Shown here: piece by piece, positions 57,549 to 64,000 of the stretch
Position numbering within the stretch: the first letter of the stretch is position 1
How the letters are laid out: every line of letters starts with the position of its first letter
IMG/VR virus record: IMGVR_UViG_3300021964_012561
Coordinates: 32,001-96,000 of that record
From: a virus
DNA: 64,000 nt
Strand: one strand, 5' to 3'
Notes under the pieces: generated by a model
Told to the model about the DNA's origin: nothing
What the model saw: the letters and a program-made list of their open reading frames with translations, nothing else
Database searches by the model: none
Position numbers and translations under genes: made by a program

Positions 57549-60500
57549 ATGGCCGAACAAACATTTAAGTCCCCGGGGTTTTTTGAAAGAGAAATTGATG
57601 CTTCTCAAAGAACAGCATCAAGATCGTTTAGTGTCCCAGGTGGAATTATAGGAATAGCAAGTAGAGGGCCTGCTTTTGTTCCAAAAACAATTACGTCAAT
57701 GAACCAATTTATCACAAATTTTGGAGATATCAAACCAGAACAATTTGGAGCAATTGCAGCACATGAATTTTTAAAATTAAGACCTGCTATTACTTTTACA
57801 AGAGTCCTAGGCGCAGGATCGATACAAAACGGTTCAGACTTAGATAACTACACTACATTAGGTATTGTAGCAAATGCTGGATTTTCTTTAAGTGGTTCAG
57901 TTAATAGTACACCTGGGCATGCTGAAAGGAGTGATGGTAGAGATGAAGGTTGTGTTCAGTTTATTTCAGCTAAGCACGAAATACAAACCAACGAACAGCA
58001 TACTTACCCGATTTTTACTGATAATCAATCGATATCTAGCAGTACTGCTTATCTTATCAGAAGCATGGTACTTTTAGCTTCGGGTGCACGCTTAGAAATA
58101 TTAGATCACAACGAATCTTATGCTACAACTGGAAGTGCAAATGATTTAGCGAGAATTAGTAACTATACAGGGCAAATTAAAAATCAAGGAACGTTTAAGG
58201 TTGTCATTTCTTCATCTTTAGGAAGTAGCTTTTCTAATGACGAATTAAATCCAGGTATTAAAATTTACACAGCGTCTTTGAATCCTGATTCTGATTATTA
58301 TGTAGGAAAGATTTTAAACACAAGTTATGATTTATTTGACTCAAAGCAACATTTACTTCTTGCAGATTTTGTCGTAGAAAATGACATTGCAAAAGTTGAG
58401 TATCATGCTACAAATGAAACTGTTGCAGTTTTATCCGGATCTAGAAGTACTTCTGCAAATGGTGATACAACTAAATACTTTAGAGAAGTATTTGGTTCAT
58501 TTAATACTAGATACCAAAATGCAAAAACTACATCTTTTATTTCTCAGCCTTATGGATCCTTAGAATATGATTTATTTCATTTTGAAACATTATCAGACGG
58601 TGAAAGTGCAAATAAACTAGTATCTGTTTCTATTGCTAATTTAAAAAAGTCTGAAGATGTTAACGATCCATATGGGACATTTACCGTTCAAGTAAGAAAA
58701 TATTCAGACGATGACAACAATCCTGTTATTTATGAACAATTTAATAATTGCAACTTAAATCCAGATAGTGAAGATTATGTTGGAAGAAAGATAGGTGATT
58801 TAAACGTTTATTATAATTTTAATACAGTTTTAGAGAGTGAAAGAGGGTTAGCACAAAAAGGAACTTATTCAAATCAATCTAATTTCATAAGAATTGTCTT
58901 AAATCCAAACGTTACAAATAAAATAATTCCTAAGACAGCTTTACCTTTTGGTTTTAGAGGATTACCTGTTCCTAAAACAACAGATACTTTAACATCTAAT
59001 TCAACAGCTTTACCTGGTTTAGGAGGTCCAAGTATTAGATTGGGTGTCTCAGGTTCAGTTTCAGCATTTAAGTATTCAGTAGTCCCACCGGTTCCTATGA
59101 CTTTTAAAGTAACAAAAGGAAACGGAAATACATCTCCTGGTTTTACCGGTCATGCTAGTCAAAATGAATTAATAAATAGCAATATTTATTGGGGCATTCA
59201 ACAAGGTAGACTATACAAAAATACTAACATTGATAGCAGTGTAGGTCTTAGAAACCCAGAACTGCAGTCGAATAGTAGGTTATTTAATGAGCCTAGTCTC
59301 ATCGATGCATACAGTAAATTTTTAGGAATACAAAAATTAGATGCACTAGTAACCGGTTCTGGTGCAGATGCATTTAATAATAATAAATTTTCTCTTTCAA
59401 AAGTAGCATTAAATAATCAATCAAATAGCGCAGATACTTTATCAGCTGCTGTTGCTAGAGAATTAACCGGTTCTGCTGACGAACACATGATTGATGCTGC
59501 TTACATCAGAAATGCATCTCTAGATCTTCCTAATTTGACTATTAATGATAATGTTTCAAATACAAGAAGACTAACGTTCGCATCTCTAGCAGCATCTAGC
59601 GCTAATACTTTTAATAAGTTTTCTAAGTTTGCTAAATTTACCAATGTTTTTTACGGTGGTTTCGATGGCTTAAACATTGTCGATAAAGATGCACGGTTAA
59701 TGAATGACAAAGCTTCTTCCCTGGAGACAGGGGGTAAGGCCAATGGAGGAGAAATAAGTTATCAAAACCTCCATGCAGGATCTTCACCTGGCAAAGGTTT
59801 AAGAAATAACATTGTCTCTGCTTATTTAGATGCTGCTAATGTGATGACACAAGAAGGCGTTACAAACATTAACACTTTAATCGTTCCTGGTATTAGAGAA
59901 AAATTAATTACAAACAAAGTTTCAGAAAAAGTAAAAGACAATTCAAAAATTATTTATTTAATGGACATACCTAGTTATGACAAAAACAACATAAGAAAGT
60001 TCGACGAATCAGCTGATTTACTAGACATAGGAAAGACAGTAGATAAATTTAAAGCTAGAAACATTGACAACAATTTTGTTGCAACATACTTTCCAGATAC
60101 ATTTATTTCAACTGAAGCTGTTAGAAAAATTGTTAAAGTTCCAGCTTCCGTTTCAGCATTTCAAGCGTTAGCTTATAATGATAATGTTAGCTATCCTTGG
60201 TTTGCACCAGCAGGCTTTAACAGAGGTGCTTTAGAAAATGTTGTAAATACAGATTATAAATTAAACACTGCAGATAGAGATACACTATACGAAGCAAGAA
60301 TTAATCCTATAGCAAATTTTGCGAATGGTAAGGTCGTAATTTTTGGACAAAAAACATTACAAATGAGCAGGTCAGCTTTGGATCGAGTTAATGTAAGAAG
60401 AATGGTTTTAGAAGTAAAAAGAATTGTTTCTAGAATTGCCGGTGATTTTGTATTTGAACAAAACACTCAAATTTTAAAAGATAGATTTATTGCTCAAGTT

Positions 60501-60692
60501 ACGCCTCAATTATCTATAATTCAGTCGCAACAAGGCATAGATAAATTCCAAGTAATCATGGATAAGACTAATAATTCTGCTTTAGATGAAGAGCAAAACA
60601 GGTTAAATGGTACAATTGTTTTAGTGCCGACAAGAGCAGTTGAGTTTATTTCAATTGACTTTATTATAACAAATTCAGGCGTAACTTTTTAA
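57549..60692 (+). CDS. gp18: Tail sheath protein 1 (gp18-like)
   Basis: FKSPGFFEREID, RGPAFVP, PWFAPAGFNRG, LYEARINPI, FGQKTLQ..SALDRVNVRR, FEQN, PTRAVEFI. Confidence 0.95.
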   Translation: MAEQTFKSPGFFEREIDASQRTASRSFSVPGGIIGIASRGPAFVPKTITSMNQFITNFGDIKPEQFGAIAAHEFLKLRPAITFTRVLGAGSIQNGSDLDNYTTLGIVANAGFSLSGSVNSTPGHAERSDGRDEGCVQFISAKHEIQTNEQHTYPIFTDNQSISSSTAYLIRSMVLLASGARLEILDHNESYATTGSANDLARISNYTGQIKNQGTFKVVISSSLGSSFSNDELNPGIKIYTASLNPDSDYYVGKILNTSYDLFDSKQHLLLADFVVENDIAKVEYHATNETVAVLSGSRSTSANGDTTKYFREVFGSFNTRYQNAKTTSFISQPYGSLEYDLFHFETLSDGESANKLVSVSIANLKKSEDVNDPYGTFTVQVRKYSDDDNNPVIYEQFNNCNLNPDSEDYVGRKIGDLNVYYNFNTVLESERGLAQKGTYSNQSNFIRIVLNPNVTNKIIPKTALPFGFRGLPVPKTTDTLTSNSTALPGLGGPSIRLGVSGSVSAFKYSVVPPVPMTFKVTKGNGNTSPGFTGHASQNELINSNIYWGIQQGRLYKNTNIDSSVGLRNPELQSNSRLFNEPSLIDAYSKFLGIQKLDALVTGSGADAFNNNKFSLSKVALNNQSNSADTLSAAVARELTGSADEHMIDAAYIRNASLDLPNLTINDNVSNTRRLTFASLAASSANTFNKFSKFAKFTNVFYGGFDGLNIVDKDARLMNDKASSLETGGKANGGEISYQNLHAGSSPGKGLRNNIVSAYLDAANVMTQEGVTNINTLIVPGIREKLITNKVSEKVKDNSKIIYLMDIPSYDKNNIRKFDESADLLDIGKTVDKFKARNIDNNFVATYFPDTFISTEAVRKIVKVPASVSAFQALAYNDNVSYPWFAPAGFNRGALENVVNTDYKLNTADRDTLYEARINPIANFANGKVVIFGQKTLQMSRSALDRVNVRRMVLEVKRIVSRIAGDFVFEQNTQILKDRFIAQVTPQLSIIQSQQGIDKFQVIMDKTNNSALDEEQNRLNGTIVLVPTRAVEFISIDFIITNSGVTF
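60371..60401 (+). repeat. 31-bp exact direct repeat shared by the two sheath genes (second copy 63791-63821)
   Basis: GTCAGCTTTGGATCGAGTTAATGTAAGAAGA occurs in both. Confidence 0.9.
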
Positions 60693-60696
60693 ATCG

Positions 60697-60704
60697 TATA
60701 TTTA
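60697..60704 (+). promoter_or_regulatory. Putative late promoter
   Basis: TATATTTA upstream of the GGAG SD of sheath 2. Confidence 0.4.
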
Positions 60705-60725
60705 ATGAATAATGGAGAAATTTAA

Positions 60726-63700
60726 ATGGCAGAAATAGTATACAAAAGTCCAGGCGTATTTACAAGAGAAATAGATAATTCTCAGCCTAGTCCTCAAAAC
60801 GGACCTTTGACAACGCCGGCGGGTATTATCGGAACTGCTAATTTGGGTCCGGCATTTGTACCGGTCACGATCAGTTCTTTATCAGAATTAAACTCTGTCT
60901 TTGGCGACGTCGATGGGTCAAGCTTTGGAAGATTAGCAGCAGCAGAATATTTAAGAAACGGTGGGGGATCTGTTGCTTATGTTAGGGTACTAGGCGCTGG
61001 TGATGGAAAACAAAGAAATGACAATGGTACAGTTACAAACGCTGGATTTGTTGTTGGTAATGAAATAATTCAGCCTAACGGAAATGTAGGTAATAACGCA
61101 TATGCAAATGCAGGTTCTGGCGACGTTAAAGGTAGAACTTATTTTCTTGGTTGTTTCATGTCAGAATCAAATGGATCAACAATTTTTTCTGACGCAGGAA
61201 TACAAAAAACAGGAAGAACAAAAGCAACAGCACAAATTCAAGCTGTGTCGATACTTCCAGCGCAATATGATGGTGGAAAATTGACCATAGTTGATTCTGA
61301 GTCTGTATCAAAGGTTTATGTATTTGATGATGACAACGATGGTGCGACTGGTACTCTTGATGGTAGCGATATAAGAATTCAAATTAATGGTTTGGGTACT
61401 GCTGGTGCAATAGCAGCCCAAATTAAAGCTGCAATTGAAAGTACAAACGGGCATAATGGTTCAATAACAATAACACTTTCAACAGATGCCGCGGCAAATG
61501 ATACACTTACTTTGACACCTACTACACCTGGCACAGTAGGTAATAATACAATAACAAGAACAGTTATAACTGCTGACAATATTTATACAATATCAGGATT
61601 TTCTGGCGGTGTAGATAATGATCACGCAGTTCCTATTCTTCGAGGTGTACTTCTTGCGCCAAGCGGTGTAGCTCTTTCTTTAAGTGGAGCTTTTCACAAT
61701 GAAGTAAGTCAAACTCCTTTGTTAACAACGACAGCAACCACAGATGGTTCTACCCCAAGATACGGACAAATGACAGGTTCTATAGAGATGGCAAAGTCAG
61801 GTAGTTTTACTTTATTGTTGAACGGTTTTAAAGGGTCCAATGAAAGAGAATCTAACGTAATAACAGCATCTTTTGACCCTACATCAATTTCTTATTTTGG
61901 TGATGTATTCAATACAGACCCGCTCAAAATAGAAGAACACGGACATCTTTTATATTCTCAATATTATATACATCCTCAGTATGGGGTTATAACAGGCTCT
62001 GGAGCAATACCAAGCACAGTAAGCTCAAAATTTGAAAACATTGCTTTTATTTTAACCGGATCTAATGCAAGAGCAATAACATCCGGTTTCAGTGACATAC
62101 CTGACTATGAAGATTTTCAAGACAGATTTTCACATGCTGAGTCTCCTTATATTATTTCTCAAGACTTAGGCGAAACATATGATTTATTTAAGTTAGTATC
62201 ATTATCTCCTGGGCCAGATTTTGCATCAAAATACAAGTTTTCTATTCAAAACATAAATCCTAATGTGAAAACTTTTGATCTTATAATTAGATCTGCTGAT
62301 GACGTTGATGGAGAATTAAACATTATAGAAGCTTATTATGGATTATCTTTAAATCCGGATAATGATTTTTATGTCGCTAGAGTTATTGGTGATTTTAATT
62401 TAAGATATAATTTTGATAATTCAGAATCTTCTCAAGGTTTAGTTGTTGAAGGATCTCATCCTAACATATCTAAATTAGTCAGAGTAGTTGTTTCTAGTGA
62501 TTTAGAAAACGGAAATGTACCTAAAACTGCTTTACCTTTTGGTTTTAGAGGGGCAATGCATACAGTTACATCTGGTTCTTTATTGGCACCTTGCCCAGGA
62601 AACTTTTCAAACTCAGATATATTGCAAAGATTAACTGAACCTCCTTTCCCATTTAGAGAAACAATTTCTTCTGGAGAAGGAGTCAATAAACAAGCTGAAT
62701 CTAAGTACTTCTGGGGATTCCAAAAAGAAGCAAAAATCAACGTAACGCAACCTAATCTATTTGATAATACTGTTATTGAAAGTCACAATGTTTTTACAAA
62801 ACATTATCCGACTCATAGAACAGATACAACTGCTTTTGCTGTTAAGGAAAACGTTGGAACGGCAAACGTAAATGGTTCTGTCTTAGATGTTGATTTATTC
62901 AATAAGAATAAATTTTCTCTTGAACATGTAAAGGTAGTTACTGCGTCTAATGGAAGAGCAGATACTACAAAATGGTTAAGTGCATCTTACGTAAGAGGTG
63001 GATCTATTACAGAAGATGACACGGCAAAGACAAGAGCTTTGACAGTTAACGACCTAGTAGAATCAGCAAATCAAGTATATGCAAAATTCACATGTTTATT
63101 TCAAGGCGGTTTTAATGGCGTCAATGTATTTGATGTAGATAAATCAAATTTGGCAAACGATGCTTTAAAAAGAGAATACGATAATGTGTCAGATCAAGGC
63201 GGTGTCAAGTCCGGACCTACAATAAAGTCATATAGAAAAGCGCTGGATGTTTTAGGATCAAAATCTGACATTGACATACAATTGCTATCAGCTCCAGGTA
63301 TTAGACATTCATCAGTAACAGACTATGGAATAAGCGTTGCAGAAAATAGATTTGATACTTTATTTATTTTTGACATAGAAAAATACAATAGTCAAAACAA
63401 TTTAATGACAGGGTCTTCTGACGATTTACCTAGTATAAGATACACTGTGGATGCTTTTATTAATCGAGGTTTAGACACATCATTTGCAGCAGCTTATTTC
63501 CCAGACGTTAATATGCAATTTCAAAAAGCAAATGGTGAAGTAATTACAAAAAAAGTACCTCCTTCAGTTGGTGTACTTGGAGCTTATGCTAACAACGATA
63601 CGATTGGAAAGTCATGGTTTGCTCCAGCTGGAAATACAAGAGGTTCATTAAGTACAGCTATTTCTTCTGAATTAGGAACATTAACTAGGACTAATTTAGA

Positions 63701-64000
63701 TAAACTATACGAAGCTGACATTAATCCAATTAATACTACAATTAACTATGGTGTAGTTATACAAGGTCAAAAAACGCTACTTAAGAATTTGTCAGCTTTG
63801 GATCGAGTTAATGTAAGAAGATTATTAATTAGTGTAAGACGTTCTGTTAGAAATATTGCAAACACTCTTATTTTTGAACCTAACAGAACTGAAACTTTGA
63901 GTAAGTTTACTTCACTAGTAAATCCAGTTTTAGAAAGTCTGAAGAATCAGCAAGGAGTTTCTAGATACAAGGTGGTTATAGATGAAACTACCACAACGCA
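60726..64000 (+). CDS. gp18: Tail sheath protein 2 (gp18-like), 3'-truncated by the window edge; absent from the ORF track
   Basis: ATG 60726 MAEIVYKSPGVFTREID...LGPAFVP; same frame later gives WFAPAGNTRG, LYEADINPI, QGQKTL..SALDRVNVRR, FEPN; no in-frame stop seen in the window. Confidence 0.93.
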   Translation, partial: MAEIVYKSPGVFTREIDNSQPSPQNGPLTTPAGIIGTANLGPAFVPVTISSLSELNSVFGDVDGSSFGRLAAAEYLRNGGGSVAYVRVLGAGDGKQRNDNGTVTNAGFVVGNEIIQPNGNVGNNAYANAGSGDVKGRTYFLGCFMSESNGSTIFSDAGIQKTGRTKATAQIQAVSILPAQYDGGKLTIVDSESVSKVYVFDDDNDGATGTLDGSDIRIQINGLGTAGAIAAQIKAAIESTNGHNGSITITLSTDAAANDTLTLTPTTPGTVGNNTITRTVITADNIYTISGFSGGVDNDHAVPILRGVLLAPSGVALSLSGAFHNEVSQTPLLTTTATTDGSTPRYGQMTGSIEMAKSGSFTLLLNGFKGSNERESNVITASFDPTSISYFGDVFNTDPLKIEEHGHLLYSQYYIHPQYGVITGSGAIPSTVSSKFENIAFILTGSNARAITSGFSDIPDYEDFQDRFSHAESPYIISQDLGETYDLFKLVSLSPGPDFASKYKFSIQNINPNVKTFDLIIRSADDVDGELNIIEAYYGLSLNPDNDFYVARVIGDFNLRYNFDNSESSQGLVVEGSHPNISKLVRVVVSSDLENGNVPKTALPFGFRGAMHTVTSGSLLAPCPGNFSNSDILQRLTEPPFPFRETISSGEGVNKQAESKYFWGFQKEAKINVTQPNLFDNTVIESHNVFTKHYPTHRTDTTAFAVKENVGTANVNGSVLDVDLFNKNKFSLEHVKVVTASNGRADTTKWLSASYVRGGSITEDDTAKTRALTVNDLVESANQVYAKFTCLFQGGFNGVNVFDVDKSNLANDALKREYDNVSDQGGVKSGPTIKSYRKALDVLGSKSDIDIQLLSAPGIRHSSVTDYGISVAENRFDTLFIFDIEKYNSQNNLMTGSSDDLPSIRYTVDAFINRGLDTSFAAAYFPDVNMQFQKANGEVITKKVPPSVGVLGAYANNDTIGKSWFAPAGNTRGSLSTAISSELGTLTRTNLDKLYEADINPINTTINYGVVIQGQKTLLKNLSALDRVNVRRLLISVRRSVRNIANTLIFEPNRTETLSKFTSLVNPVLESLKNQQGVSRYKVVIDETTTT

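Noticed and set aside
761-62740. Many short antisense or alternate-frame ORFs in the track (e.g. 761..1198, 12797..13135, 17297..17680, 43593..43922, 46559..46975, 61102..61284, 62456..62740)
   Set aside because: They overlap well-supported + strand genes and show no recognisable motifs.
1-64000. CRISPR array, tRNA (including tRNA-Sec), rRNA, IS element or DGR template/variable repeat
   Set aside because: No spaced repeats, cloverleaf-sized GC-rich gaps, transposase or reverse transcriptase seen; intergenic gaps are nearly all under 140 nt.

Overview
A 64-kb, AT-rich (about 30% GC by eye), gene-dense segment of a large T4-like (myovirus/jumbo-type) bacteriophage, almost all on the + strand, covering the virion morphogenesis region. 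In order: baseplate and LamG tail proteins (1-28.9 kb); a DNA-metabolism insert (RuvC-like resolvase, primase-like protein, PAP2-Fic fusion, fused SbcD-SbcC); terminase large subunit, portal, prohead protease, scaffold and major capsid protein; an accessory block of small genes (47-54 kb); neck/tail-completion genes; and two tandem tail-sheath genes, the second running off the window. Most notable: (1) the gene at 52507 reads through an in-frame TGA (53353-53355) immediately followed by a bacterial-SECIS-like hairpin, making it a candidate phage-encoded selenoprotein of 408 aa; (2) at least ten unrelated proteins, including this one, share the N-terminal leader M-K-[LI]-[TNS]-R-x-x-L-[RK]-x-[LI]-I-x-E, which looks like a protease-cleavable capsid-targeting tag on diverse cargo (HNH nuclease, Cys/His-rich metal binders, selenoprotein). 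No tRNA, rRNA or CRISPR array was seen. All assignments come from motif recognition by eye; no searches were run.
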